Assembly: GCA_947165425.1 (NCBI GenBank)
Contig: CAMVAJ010000003.1
Span: 24,824 to 88,823, forward strand
Direction of reading: 5' to 3'
Length of the DNA: 64,000 nucleotides
Origin: an uncultured Clostridia bacterium
Lineage (GTDB): Bacteria > Bacillota > Clostridia > Christensenellales > Aristaeellaceae
Made by a program: the position numbers and the translations under genes. Shown here piece by piece: positions 47,112 to 55,860 of this stretch. Within the stretch, counting starts at the first letter, position 1; each line of letters begins with the position of its first letter. The notes under the pieces were generated by a model. It ran no database searches. It saw only the letters and a program-made list of their open reading frames with translations, and was not told where the DNA came from.

Positions 47112-48287
47112 ATGTACGCTGTTTGGAAGCGCCTGCTGTCCCTGCTGCTGGCTCTGGCTGTTCTGGCTCCGCTCACCCTCGGCGCCGCCCTGGCGGAGGA
47201 AGAGGAGGAGCTGATGCTGGAGGAGGACGTGATGCTGGAGGAGGACGAGGAGGTCGCCTTCATCATCGGAGACGGCAAGGAGGTCACGGAGGAGGATCTG
47301 GACGCGCTGGAGATCGACGACTCCATCGATCCGAACGACCTGGAGATCAACACGGCGCTGTCGGACAAGGTGATCAACATCCTGCTGATCGGCGTGGACT
47401 CCCGGGAGACGAGCCTGCAGTCCTCCTCGAGCCTGCTGCACAACGACGTCACCATGATCCTCTCCGTCAACACGGAGGACGGCTCGATCAAGCTGACCAG
47501 CGTGCTGCGCGATTTGTATACCAGCATCCCGGGCTACAAGGACAAGGGCCGGCTGAACGAGGCCTTCGCCCGGGGCGCGGGCAAGGCGGGCAACATCAGC
47601 GGCGGCGCGTCGCTGACCATGCGGACGATCAACCACCTCTTCGGGATGAACATCTCCCAGTATGTGGTCATCAACTTCTACGGCGTGGCCTCCATCATCG
47701 AGCAGCTCGGCGGCATCGATCTGCGGCTGACCCGCGGCGAGGCCTACGCGATCAACTATTACCTCGAGAAAAACGGTAGCCGCATGAAGTATGACACCAA
47801 GGGCAACGACAACCGCGAGAAGCTGACCCTCCCCAAAGGCAACAAGGAGGAGGAGATGGAGGAGCGGCATCTGGACGGCATGCAGGCCCTGATGTACGCC
47901 CGCCTGCGCACCGGCATGAAGGAGCGCACCGGCGACTTCTGGCGGACCAACCGCCAGCGCTATCTGCTGGAGACCCTGATGAAGAAGGTGCTCGCGGGCA
48001 TCGACCTGAACAAGCTCGGGAACCTGGTGCAGATCGCCTACCCCTATGTGCAGACCAACATCCCCGCCGGAACGCTCCTGCAGATGGCCATCGGCGTCAT
48101 CAGCCAGGGCGACCTGATGGGCAAGCTGGAACGGGGCGAGCCGATGATCGAGCAGCTCTCCATCCCCATGGAGAACCACTACAGCTACGACCAGGTGAAC
48201 GGCGCCAGCGTCATCACCATGACGACCCAGCAGTGGAGCGACTCGAAGGATCGGATCCACTACTTCATCTACGGGGAGAGCAACTGA
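47112..48287 (+). CDS. LytR-CpsA-Psr (LCP) family cell-envelope glycopolymer transferase
   Basis: Signal/anchor LLSLLLALAVLAPL, an acidic linker, then INILLIGVDSRE...D.MILSVN...G...LTSVLRD.Y, typical of LCP proteins. Confidence 0.8.
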   Translation: MYAVWKRLLSLLLALAVLAPLTLGAALAEEEEELMLEEDVMLEEDEEVAFIIGDGKEVTEEDLDALEIDDSIDPNDLEINTALSDKVINILLIGVDSRETSLQSSSSLLHNDVTMILSVNTEDGSIKLTSVLRDLYTSIPGYKDKGRLNEAFARGAGKAGNISGGASLTMRTINHLFGMNISQYVVINFYGVASIIEQLGGIDLRLTRGEAYAINYYLEKNGSRMKYDTKGNDNREKLTLPKGNKEEEMEERHLDGMQALMYARLRTGMKERTGDFWRTNRQRYLLETLMKKVLAGIDLNKLGNLVQIAYPYVQTNIPAGTLLQMAIGVISQGDLMGKLERGEPMIEQLSIPMENHYSYDQVNGASVITMTTQQWSDSKDRIHYFIYGESN

Positions 48288-48310
48288 GCCCCGGCTCCGC
48301 GGGGACAAGC

Positions 48311-48336
48311 AAAAAGCCCGGTTCGCCGGGCTTTTG
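48311..48336 (+). terminator. Intrinsic terminator after the LCP gene
   Basis: AGCCCGG-TTCG-CCGGGCT hairpin with an A-run before and TTTT after. Confidence 0.8.
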
Positions 48337-48386
48337 CGCGGAGGGCGGAAGCAATCCGAACGTTCGGATCCTTCATCCACCGGGCC

Positions 48387-48491
48387 TGTGCACAAATCTG
48401 TGGATAATGTGGAAAACTTTGATAAAATGTCGCCAAAAAGACATACATTTTCGCCCTTTGTCCCGATTTGCCTGTGGATAACGGTGGATAA
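48387..48491 (-). promoter_or_regulatory. Cluster of five DnaA-box-like 9-mers, all in one orientation
   Basis: On the + strand: TGTGCACAA (48387), TGTGGATAA (48399), TGTGGAAAA (48408), TGTGGATAA (48473), GGTGGATAA (48483). TGTGGATAA is the exact reverse complement of the consensus TTATCCACA. Confidence 0.6.
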
Positions 48492-48617
48492 CCATGGAAA
48501 GCCTGTGAATCTCCCCGACAGGGGAACAGGGCGCGGAACGCATTGTGAAGGAAATGTATCAGAATACGGGCCGGGGGAACCTCCAGAAAAAGACCCATTT
48601 CCGCGGCGCGCCCCGGT

Positions 48618-49670
48618 ATGACCAAAAAACGAAAAAAGAGGAACAGAACATTGAAACTGCTTACGGCCGTCGTGCCATGCTATAATTCCGCCGACTACAT
48701 GGAGAGGGCCGTGTCCGGCCTGCTGACCGGCGGGGAGGAGATGGACATCCTGCTGGTGGACGACGGCTCGACCGACGGCACGCCCGCCCTCTGCGACCGC
48801 CTCGCGGCGGAGAACCCCGGCGTGGTCCGGGTCATCCACCAGGCCAACGCCGGCCACGGCAGCAGCCTGAACCACGGCATCGGGACCGCCCTCGCCCCCT
48901 ACCTGCGGGTGGTGGACTCCGACGACCGCATCGACCCGGAGAGCCTGCGGGAGCTGCTGGCCCTGCTGCGGGAGCACACGGCGCCCGGGACCCAGGCCGA
49001 CCTGGTGGTCACGGACTACGTCTATGACAACGCGGACCAGGAGGCGGTCTTCGGCATCAGCTACCACCACGTCATGCCCCAGGGCCGGCTCTTCGGCTGG
49101 GATGAGTGCCGCCGCTTCGGCTTCACGAAGCAGTTCATGATCCACTGCCTGATCTACAACGTGAATCTCCTGCGGGAGAAGGGCTACCGCCTCCCGGAGC
49201 ACACCTTTTACGAGGACAACCTCTACATCTACCAGCCGCTGCCCTGGACGCGGAAGCTGCTCTACCTGCACAGGCCCCTCTACGGCTACTTCATCGGCCG
49301 GCAGGACCAGTCCGTCAACGAGCGGAACATGGTCCGCCGCGTGGATCAGCTGACGGAGATGATCACGCAGATGGCCACCACCTACACCCTGGCCGAGCTG
49401 GACGCCCAGCCCCGACGGCTGCGCGGCTATATGATCAACAACGTGGCGGCGCAGATCTGGCCCCTGTGCGCCCTGCAGTTCATCGCGGACACCCCGGAGA
49501 GCGACGCCCTGAACGCCTCGCTGTGGGCGCGGATCAGGGCCTTCGACCCCGACCTGTACCGCAAGCTCCGCACCCATCCGGTCAGCATGACCACCCACCT
49601 CCCCGGCCGCCTTGGCCGCAGGGTGCTCATCGGCGCGTACCGACTGGGGCACAAGATTATCAAATGGTAG
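48618..49670 (+). CDS. Family 2 glycosyltransferase
   Basis: AVVPCYNSADYM and LLVDDGSTDGT motifs of GT-A fold GT2 enzymes. Confidence 0.8.
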   Translation: MTKKRKKRNRTLKLLTAVVPCYNSADYMERAVSGLLTGGEEMDILLVDDGSTDGTPALCDRLAAENPGVVRVIHQANAGHGSSLNHGIGTALAPYLRVVDSDDRIDPESLRELLALLREHTAPGTQADLVVTDYVYDNADQEAVFGISYHHVMPQGRLFGWDECRRFGFTKQFMIHCLIYNVNLLREKGYRLPEHTFYEDNLYIYQPLPWTRKLLYLHRPLYGYFIGRQDQSVNERNMVRRVDQLTEMITQMATTYTLAELDAQPRRLRGYMINNVAAQIWPLCALQFIADTPESDALNASLWARIRAFDPDLYRKLRTHPVSMTTHLPGRLGRRVLIGAYRLGHKIIKW

Positions 49671-49704
49671 TGCTCCTCTTCATCAGAGGGTGAGTGCTGG
49701 CAAA

Positions 49705-49878
49705 AGACCGGCCCCTCTGTCGCTGCGGCGACCTGGCCTGTCGGCATTCTGCGCTGAAAGCATGCCACTGGCATGTTTTCCGGGCGCTCCGAATCCCCAT
49801 CGGAGATGGGGAGATTGGGCTAAAGCGCAGGATCTAAAAACCTCCCCAGCTTGCTGGGGCGGTGGAAGGACCGGTCTC
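49705..49878 (+). repeat. Mosaic repeat, subfamily 2, with module B, lacking the second GC hairpin (copy h)
   Basis: GACCGGCCCCTCTGTCGCTGCGGCGAC, then module B with GCATGCCACTGGCATG, then TCCCCATCGGAGATGGGGAGA, GGGCTAAAG, and CCTCCCCAGCTTGCTGGGGCGGTGGAAGGACCGGTC. Confidence 0.9.
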
Positions 49879-49928
49879 TGAATTGAGCGTTTCAATCAGC
49901 GTATCGCGACAAAGCAGGAGGAAACCCC

Positions 49929-51308
49929 ATGAACAGACACCTCTCGGAGATGACCCTGGCTGAGCTGACCGATCCGGCGGGTATCCGCTGCGCCTGCGGG
50001 AAGATCCACCGCTGCGGCCTGCGCTATTTCAAGGCCGGCCCCGGCGCGGTGGAGACCCTGCCCGAGGGCCTGCGCCGGCAGGGGCGGACGCGCCCCTTCG
50101 TGGTGATGGACGAGCATACCGAGGCCGCCGCCGGCGAGAAGGTGCGCGGCGCCCTGCGCGGCGCCGGGATCGCCTTCTCCGAGTATGTCTTCCCCCACCG
50201 GGAGGGCAAGATGGAGCCGGACGAGTGGGCCATGGGCGCCCTCGCGATGGCCTTTGACCCGGCCTGCGACATCGTGCTGGCGGTGGGCAGCGGCGTGATT
50301 AACGACTGCTGCAAGGTGCTGGCCCACACCTGCGCGCTGCCCTGCGCGGTGGTCTGCACCGCGCCCTCCATGGACGGCTACTGCTCCAACTCCGCCTCCA
50401 TGATCCAGGACCGGCTCAAGGTCAGCCTCTACAACGCCTGCCCGGAGATCATCGTGGCGGACACGGACATCCTGGCCACCGCCCCGGACATCATGCTGCA
50501 GGCGGGCCTGGGGGACATGCTGGCCAAGTATATCTCCGTGTGCGAATGGCGCATCGCCCATCTGGTCAACGGCGACCCCTACTGCGAGGAGATCGCCGGC
50601 ATGGTGCGCGCCTGCCTGAAGAAGATCGTGGACCAGGCCGACGGCCTCATGCGCCGGGAGCCCGCGGCGCTGACCGCCGTGGTGGAGGGCCTGGTCATCA
50701 GCGGCATGTCCATGGCCTTCGCGGAGATCAGCCGCCCGGCCAGCGGCCTGGAGCACTATTTCTCCCACCTGTGGGAGATGCAGGCCCTGCGGCAGGGCAA
50801 GCCCTCGGACCTCCACGGCATCCAGGTGGGCGTGGGGACGCTGCTGACCCTGTGGATCTACGAGCACGCGCTGAACCTGGAGAAACCGGACGCCGCCAGG
50901 GCCGAGGCCATGATGCGCGGCTTCTCCCGCGAGGCGTGGGAGGGCACGATGAAGCGCATCTTCGGGCCGGTCTTCCCCACGGTGGCCGCCATCAGCGAAA
51001 AGACGGGCCGCAACCGCCCCGAGACCCAGGCGGCCCACATGGCGAAGATCGAGGCCCATTGGGACGAGATCCGCGCCATCATCCGCGAGGAACTGCCCAG
51101 CCGGGATTGGGTGGACGGCCTGATGCGCCGCTGCGGGATGCCGCGGGTCCCCGCGGACCTGGGCCTGACGGTTCAGGACACCCTCGACGCCCTGACCGGC
51201 AGCCGGGAGATCCGGGACAAATATCTGACCTCCAGCATGCTGTGGGACATGGGCCTCCTCGCCGGGACCGCGGAGATGTTGAAGCGGGATTACCCCTGGG
51301 AGGGCTGA
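49929..51308 (+). CDS. Iron-dependent alcohol dehydrogenase superfamily protein, probably sn-glycerol-1-phosphate dehydrogenase (AraM/EgsA-like)
   Basis: DHQS/Fe-ADH-like layout (VGSGVINDCCK, GLGDMLAKY, metal-His region HYFSHLWE). The subfamily call rests on overall resemblance only. Confidence 0.55.
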   Translation: MNRHLSEMTLAELTDPAGIRCACGKIHRCGLRYFKAGPGAVETLPEGLRRQGRTRPFVVMDEHTEAAAGEKVRGALRGAGIAFSEYVFPHREGKMEPDEWAMGALAMAFDPACDIVLAVGSGVINDCCKVLAHTCALPCAVVCTAPSMDGYCSNSASMIQDRLKVSLYNACPEIIVADTDILATAPDIMLQAGLGDMLAKYISVCEWRIAHLVNGDPYCEEIAGMVRACLKKIVDQADGLMRREPAALTAVVEGLVISGMSMAFAEISRPASGLEHYFSHLWEMQALRQGKPSDLHGIQVGVGTLLTLWIYEHALNLEKPDAARAEAMMRGFSREAWEGTMKRIFGPVFPTVAAISEKTGRNRPETQAAHMAKIEAHWDEIRAIIREELPSRDWVDGLMRRCGMPRVPADLGLTVQDTLDALTGSREIRDKYLTSSMLWDMGLLAGTAEMLKRDYPWEG

Positions 51309-51325
51309 GCCGCCTCTCCCCGCGG

Positions 51326-51358
51326 AAAAACCCTCGCCGCCGGACGGCGAGGGTTTTT
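51326..51358 (+). terminator. Intrinsic terminator
   Basis: CCCTCGCCG-CCGGA-CGGCGAGGG hairpin with an A-run before and TTTTT after. Confidence 0.8.
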
Positions 51359-51383
51359 CCGTGTTTTTTAGGCGCGTCCGGCC

Positions 51384-51412
51384 TTGTCATTCCCGGCCAA
51401 ATCCGCTATAAT
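51384..51412 (+). promoter_or_regulatory. Promoter of purA
   Basis: TTGTCA, 17-nt spacer, TATAAT. Confidence 0.55.
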
Positions 51413-51475
51413 CAGAATGGGTTTCTGTGTGAAGCAGGAACAGATCATTGAATACAATAACAGGAGGGACTCTCC

Positions 51476-52756
51476 ATGGTACAGGCGATCGTCGGCGCCA
51501 ACTGGGGCGACGAGGGCAAGGGCAAGGTGACGGATCTGCTGGCGGAGCGCAGCGACGTGGTGGTGCGCTTCCAGGGCGGCGCGAACGCGGGACATACGAT
51601 CATCAATGAGTACGGCAAGTTTTCGCTGCACCTGCTGCCCAGCGGCGTTTTCCATCAGCGGGTGACCAACATCATCGGCCCCGGCGTGGCGCTGAACATC
51701 GATGCCCTGCTGCGGGAGCTGAAGGCGCTGGCGGAGCGCGGCGTGCCCGCGCCGAAGCTGATGATCTCCGACCGCTGCCAGGTGATGCTGCCCTGGCACC
51801 CGGAGATGGACAAGTACGAGGAGGAGCGCCTGGGCAAGCAGTCCTTCGGCTCCACCAAGAGCGGCATCGCGCCCTTCTACGCCGACAAGTTCGCCAAGGT
51901 GGGCATCCAGGTCTGCCAGCTCTACGACGAGCCGCTCCTGCGGGAGCGCCTGGCCATCGCCCTGGTGAAGACCAACTGCATCCTGGAGCATCTGTATCAC
52001 AAGGCGCCCATCGACCTGGAGTGGGCGGTGGAGACGCTGCTGCGCCAGGGCGAGCAGATCCGGGACATGGTGGGCGACACGACGCGCTTCCTCGCCGAGG
52101 CGGAGCGCGAGGGCAAGACGATCCTGCTGGAGGGCCAGCTGGGCACCCTGCGGGATCCGGACCACGGCATCTACCCCTACACCACCTCCTCCTCGCCGCT
52201 GGCGGGCTTCGGCTGCGTGGGCGCGGGCGTGCCGCCGCGGGCGCTGACGGACGTGATCTGCGTGACGAAGGCCTACTCCAGCGCCGTGGGCGCGGGCCCC
52301 TTCGTCTGCCGTCTGCCTGGGCCGGAGGGGGACGAGCTGCGCCGCCGGGGCGGCGACGCCGGCGAGTACGGCGCGACCACCGGCCGCCCGCGCGACGTGG
52401 GCTGGTTCGACGCGGTGGCCACCCGCTACGGCGTGATGGTGCAGGGCGCCACCGAGGTGGTGCTGACGAACCTGGACGTGCTGGGCTACCTGGACGAGAT
52501 CCCGGTCTGCGTCGCCTACGAGACCGCGGACGGGCAGCGGATCACCGACTTCCCGGCCACGCCGGTGCTCATGGGCTGCAAGCCGGTCTACGAGACCCTG
52601 CCGGGCTGGAAGACGGACATCCGGGGCGCGGCCAGCTACGCCGACCTGCCCGAGAACTGCCGCCGGTACGTGGACTTCATCGAGAAGGCCGCCGGCGCGC
52701 CGATCCACCTTGTCTCCATCGGCCCGAAGCGCGAGGAGATCCTGCGGAGAGACTGA
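51476..52756 (+). CDS. purA: Adenylosuccinate synthase
   Basis: GDEGKGK P-loop, GGANAGHT and TTGRPR motifs. Confidence 0.95.
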   Translation: MVQAIVGANWGDEGKGKVTDLLAERSDVVVRFQGGANAGHTIINEYGKFSLHLLPSGVFHQRVTNIIGPGVALNIDALLRELKALAERGVPAPKLMISDRCQVMLPWHPEMDKYEEERLGKQSFGSTKSGIAPFYADKFAKVGIQVCQLYDEPLLRERLAIALVKTNCILEHLYHKAPIDLEWAVETLLRQGEQIRDMVGDTTRFLAEAEREGKTILLEGQLGTLRDPDHGIYPYTTSSSPLAGFGCVGAGVPPRALTDVICVTKAYSSAVGAGPFVCRLPGPEGDELRRRGGDAGEYGATTGRPRDVGWFDAVATRYGVMVQGATEVVLTNLDVLGYLDEIPVCVAYETADGQRITDFPATPVLMGCKPVYETLPGWKTDIRGAASYADLPENCRRYVDFIEKAAGAPIHLVSIGPKREEILRRD

Positions 52757-52770
52757 GGGGAGGGCCCGCC

Positions 52771-53367
52771 ATGATCGCCATCCTGGACTACGGCATGGGC
52801 AACCTGCGCTCGGTGCAGAAGGCCTTTGAATCCCTCGGGGCGGACGCGCGGATCGTCTCCGCCCCGGCGGAGGCCGACGGGGCCGCGCGCCTGGTGCTCC
52901 CCGGCGTGGGGGCCTTCCGGGACGCGGCGGAGCGCCTGCGCGCCTCCGGCCTGGACGAGGCGCTGCTGCGCGCCGTCCGGGCGGGCAAGCCGGTGCTGGG
53001 CATCTGCCTGGGCATGCAGCTGATGTTCGCCCGGAGCGAGGAGAACGGGCGCTACGAGGGCCTGGGCCTCTTCCCGGGGACGATCACGCGCCTGCCGGCG
53101 CCGGGGCTGAAGATCCCCCACATGGGCTGGAACACGATCGCCACCCGCGTCTGCCCGCTCTGGGAGGCGGGGGAGGAGAAGTGCGTCTATTTCGTGCACT
53201 CCTACTGCGCGGCGGAGATCTCGGAGGACTGGACGGCGGCGGTGTGTGCGTACGGCACGCCCTTCTCCGCGGCGGTCTGCCGGGACAACGTGATGGCGAC
53301 GCAGTTCCATCCGGAGAAAAGCGGAGCGGAGGGGCTGGAGATGCTCCGCCGCTTCACGCGCCTGTAA
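52771..53367 (+). CDS. hisH: Imidazole glycerol phosphate synthase, glutaminase subunit
   Basis: ILDYGMGNLRSV start, catalytic GICLGMQ, C-terminal FHPEKS. Confidence 0.9.
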   Translation: MIAILDYGMGNLRSVQKAFESLGADARIVSAPAEADGAARLVLPGVGAFRDAAERLRASGLDEALLRAVRAGKPVLGICLGMQLMFARSEENGRYEGLGLFPGTITRLPAPGLKIPHMGWNTIATRVCPLWEAGEEKCVYFVHSYCAAEISEDWTAAVCAYGTPFSAAVCRDNVMATQFHPEKSGAEGLEMLRRFTRL

Positions 53368-53388
53368 GGAGAGAGAGGTGGAGAGACC

Positions 53389-54153
53389 GTGCTGACCAAG
53401 CGCATCATCCCCTGCCTGGACATCCGGGACGGGCGGGTCGTCAAGGGCATGAAGTTTGTCAACATCCGCGACGCCGGGGACCCGGTGGAGGCGGCTGTCC
53501 GCTATAACGAGCTGGGCGCGGACGAGCTGGTGCTGCTGGACATCAACGCCAGCCACGAGGGCCGCGGCGCGATGCTGGACGTGGTGAGCCGTGTGGCGGA
53601 GCAGGTCTTCATCCCCTTCACGGTGGGCGGCGGCATCTCCTCCCTGGAGCAGATCCGGGACATCCTGCGCCTGGGGGCGGACAAGGTTTCGATCAACTCG
53701 CCCGCCGTGCGGAACCCGGATTTCATCACCGAGGCCGCCCTGCGCTTCGGCAGCCAGTGCGTCGTGCTGGCTATGGACGTCAAGCGGCGGGAGCCCGGCA
53801 GGGCGGGCTGGGAGATCTATGTCAACGGCGGCCGGGTGCCCACGGGCCTCGACGCCCTGGAGTGGGCCGCCGAGGGTGTGCGCCGGGGGGCGGGGGAGAT
53901 CCTGCTGACCAGCATGGACCACGACGGCGAGGGCGACGGCTTCGCCCTGGAGGTGACCCGCGCCGTGGCGGACGCGGTGCCCGTGCCGGTGATCGCCTCC
54001 GGCGGCGCCGGAAAAAAAGAGCACTTCCGCGAAGTGCTCACAGAGGGCCACGCCGACGCCGCGCTGGCGGCGACGCTCTTCCACTTCGGCATCCTGCCGA
54101 TCCCGGAGCTGAAAAACTACCTGGCCGCCGAGGGCGTGCCGGTGCGGCGGTGA
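53389..54153 (+). CDS. hisF: Imidazole glycerol phosphate synthase, cyclase subunit
   Basis: [16 protein letters not shown] start and (beta/alpha)8 motifs (TVGGGI, SGGAG). GTG start. Confidence 0.9.
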   Translation: MLTKRIIPCLDIRDGRVVKGMKFVNIRDAGDPVEAAVRYNELGADELVLLDINASHEGRGAMLDVVSRVAEQVFIPFTVGGGISSLEQIRDILRLGADKVSINSPAVRNPDFITEAALRFGSQCVVLAMDVKRREPGRAGWEIYVNGGRVPTGLDALEWAAEGVRRGAGEILLTSMDHDGEGDGFALEVTRAVADAVPVPVIASGGAGKKEHFREVLTEGHADAALAATLFHFGILPIPELKNYLAAEGVPVRR

Positions 54154-54174
54154 GCTTCGGGGAGAGTCCGGGTG

Positions 54175-54585
54175 TCAGCGCGTGAGGTGAATGCAGTCCT
54201 CCTCGTAATGCTCGAAGTTTCCATCATGGGAGATCAGCAGCAGACCCTCCGTTTTGGCCTGCGCGATCAGCATCCGGTCGAAGGGATCCAGGTTGCTGAG
54301 CGTGTGGCCGTCCCGGATCCGCAGATGGCGTACAGACAGGATATGGGAGGGCAGAATGTTCAGGCAGGAATATCCCGCGAGCTCGCAGAAAGCCTGAATC
54401 TGCGCCTCATGGTAGGGGCATTTCTCCGGTGACTTCTGGTTTTTGAGCGCAATCTCCCACAGGGAGACCGCGCTGTAGCAGACATGGTTTTCAGGGGACA
54501 GAATCATTTCTGTCTCCTGTTTGCTTAGACGCGGGCTTTCGGTCAGCGCCCAGATCAGGACATGGGTGTCCAGGAGGATGTTCAT
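54175..54585 (-). CDS. vapC: Type II toxin, VapC family (PIN domain)
   Basis: ILLDTHVLIW start with the conserved Asp, and D.FDRMLIAQA typical of PIN toxins. It shares 1 nt with the antitoxin gene (ATGA). Confidence 0.85.
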   Translation of the reverse strand: MNILLDTHVLIWALTESPRLSKQETEMILSPENHVCYSAVSLWEIALKNQKSPEKCPYHEAQIQAFCELAGYSCLNILPSHILSVRHLRIRDGHTLSNLDPFDRMLIAQAKTEGLLLISHDGNFEHYEEDCIHLTR

Positions 54586-54842
54586 CAGATCTCCTCCTCC
54601 ATCAAGAATTCTTTTTCCATGTCGATGCTGTTGAACGCGTCCAGGGACTCGAGCGCGGGGAGCTGTCCCTTGGCGATGCCGATGCGCCTGGAGGTGTCCG
54701 CTTCGTAGGGGATCAGCTTTGCGGCGGGCTTCCCGTTGCGGGTGATCACGATAAAGGGCTCTTTGCGTTCCGAGAGAGAAGCCACATACTTGGAAAGATT
54801 GGTCTTCGCCTCAAAAATGCTGACGGTGGTCATGGCCAGCAC
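54585..54842 (-). CDS. Type II antitoxin, Phd/YefM family
   Basis: 85 aa with VSIFEAKTNLSKYV......EPFIVITRNGKP, typical of Phd/YefM. It lies upstream of vapC. Confidence 0.8.
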   Translation of the reverse strand: MLAMTTVSIFEAKTNLSKYVASLSERKEPFIVITRNGKPAAKLIPYEADTSRRIGIAKGQLPALESLDAFNSIDMEKEFLMEEEI

Positions 54843-54849
54843 TCCTTTC

Positions 54850-54880
54850 TTGGCTAACTTAGCTAACCAATTATATTATA
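54850..54880 (-). promoter_or_regulatory. Candidate TA promoter and operator
   Basis: On the minus strand, TATAAT (54875-54880) is followed by the imperfect palindrome TTGGTTAGCTAAGTTAGCCAA (54850-70), just upstream of the RBS. Confidence 0.4.
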
Positions 54881-54973
54881 GCGTGTTGGAACAGGGACGT
54901 CAATAGACCGCGATGGATCCACCGGAGGACGCGGAGGCTGATACTTATCTCAGAATAAATGGATCATCTGCCA

Positions 54974-55170
54974 GACCAACCCTTCCACTGCCGCCCCGCA
55001 GAGGGCGGCGGTCCCCCTCCCCAGCAAGCTGGGGAGGTTTTTGGATACCGCGCTTTAACCCTTTCTCCTCAGCTTACTGGGGATTCGGAGCGCCCGGAAA
55101 ACATGCCGGCGGCATGTTTTCAGCTCAGAATGCCGATAGGCCAGGTCGCCGCAGCGACAGAGGGGCTGGC
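54974..55170 (-). repeat. Mosaic repeat, subfamily 2, full unit with module B (copy i, inverted orientation)
   Basis: Mirror image of copy f: CTGCCGCCCCGCAGAGGGCGGCGG, CCTCCCC-AGCAAGC-TGGGGAGG followed by TTTTT (55016-55042), GGAAAACATGCCGGCGGCATGTTTTC, GTCGCCGCAGCGACAGAGGGGCTGG. Confidence 0.9.
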
Positions 55171-55277
55171 CTTTGGCCTGATTGTATGATAGAATAAACC
55201 AAACTATGATTCGATTTCCTGCGGAACGGGACACAGCCGAGTGAATAAACAGGATTTATGGAGGAGCGTCAGAAACG

Positions 55278-55838
55278 ATGGGGAAGAGAAGATCCGTTGC
55301 GCCGGTCTATTCCATGTGCGTTCAGCCGGCCTTCATTCTTGGGACGAACAACGAGGACGGGACGGCCAACTTCGCGCCGATCACCTGGGTCAGCGTGACC
55401 CAGGCGGGGGGCGACGGATACATGCTGGTCGTCAGCATGTTCGGCACAAAGCGCACGAAGCAGAACGTGCTGCGCACGGGGATGTTCAGCGCGAACCTGG
55501 TCAGCGTGGACATGCTGCCGCTGATGGACTATTTCGGCTCCCGCCACGCGGCGGACGGCAAAAAGGACGGGATCGCCTACGCGGTCAGCCGGGGCGAGGC
55601 GCTGGACGTGCCGGTGCTGGAGCAGAGCCGCTGGGTCTATGAGTGCGAGGTGGCCCAAACGGTGGAGACGGGGAATTCCACCACCTTTTTCTGCCCCATC
55701 CGGAATATCCAGATGGACGAGCGCCTCTCGTGCAGCGATCCCTTCGACGTGGACCTGACGGTGCTCGACCCCGTGATTTATTCCGGGAAGTATCACAGCC
55801 TCGGGAGGCTGCTGGGGGACATCGGAGATTTTCTATGA
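55278..55838 (+). CDS. Flavin reductase-like (FMN-binding split-barrel) protein
   Basis: 186 aa. P.FILGTNNEDGTANFAPITW is typical of flavin reductase domain proteins. Confidence 0.65.
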   Translation: MGKRRSVAPVYSMCVQPAFILGTNNEDGTANFAPITWVSVTQAGGDGYMLVVSMFGTKRTKQNVLRTGMFSANLVSVDMLPLMDYFGSRHAADGKKDGIAYAVSRGEALDVPVLEQSRWVYECEVAQTVETGNSTTFFCPIRNIQMDERLSCSDPFDVDLTVLDPVIYSGKYHSLGRLLGDIGDFL

Positions 55839-55860
55839 ACCGGAATTTGGGGAGGAAGGC

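Noticed and set aside
48361-48617. Interpreting the DnaA-box cluster as the chromosomal origin oriC
   Set aside because: No dnaA, dnaN, rpmH or gidA-type neighbours are present. There is no clear AT-rich 13-mer-type unwinding element. The flanking genes are envelope enzymes. It is kept as a DnaA-box cluster or regulatory site instead.
44304-49652. Giant track ORFs 44304-48287 (+) and 44595-49652 (-)
   Set aside because: They are chimeric open frames that run through several real genes. Only 47112-48287 (+, LCP) and 44595-46874 (-, helicase, GTG start with AAGGAGG RBS) have sensible protein sequence. The remainder is antisense read-through.
51309-51475. Purine riboswitch or other leader upstream of purA
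   Set aside because: The region contains only a terminator for the upstream gene and a TTGTCA-17-TATAAT promoter about 60 nt from the start codon. There is no conserved purine-riboswitch core or alternative hairpins.
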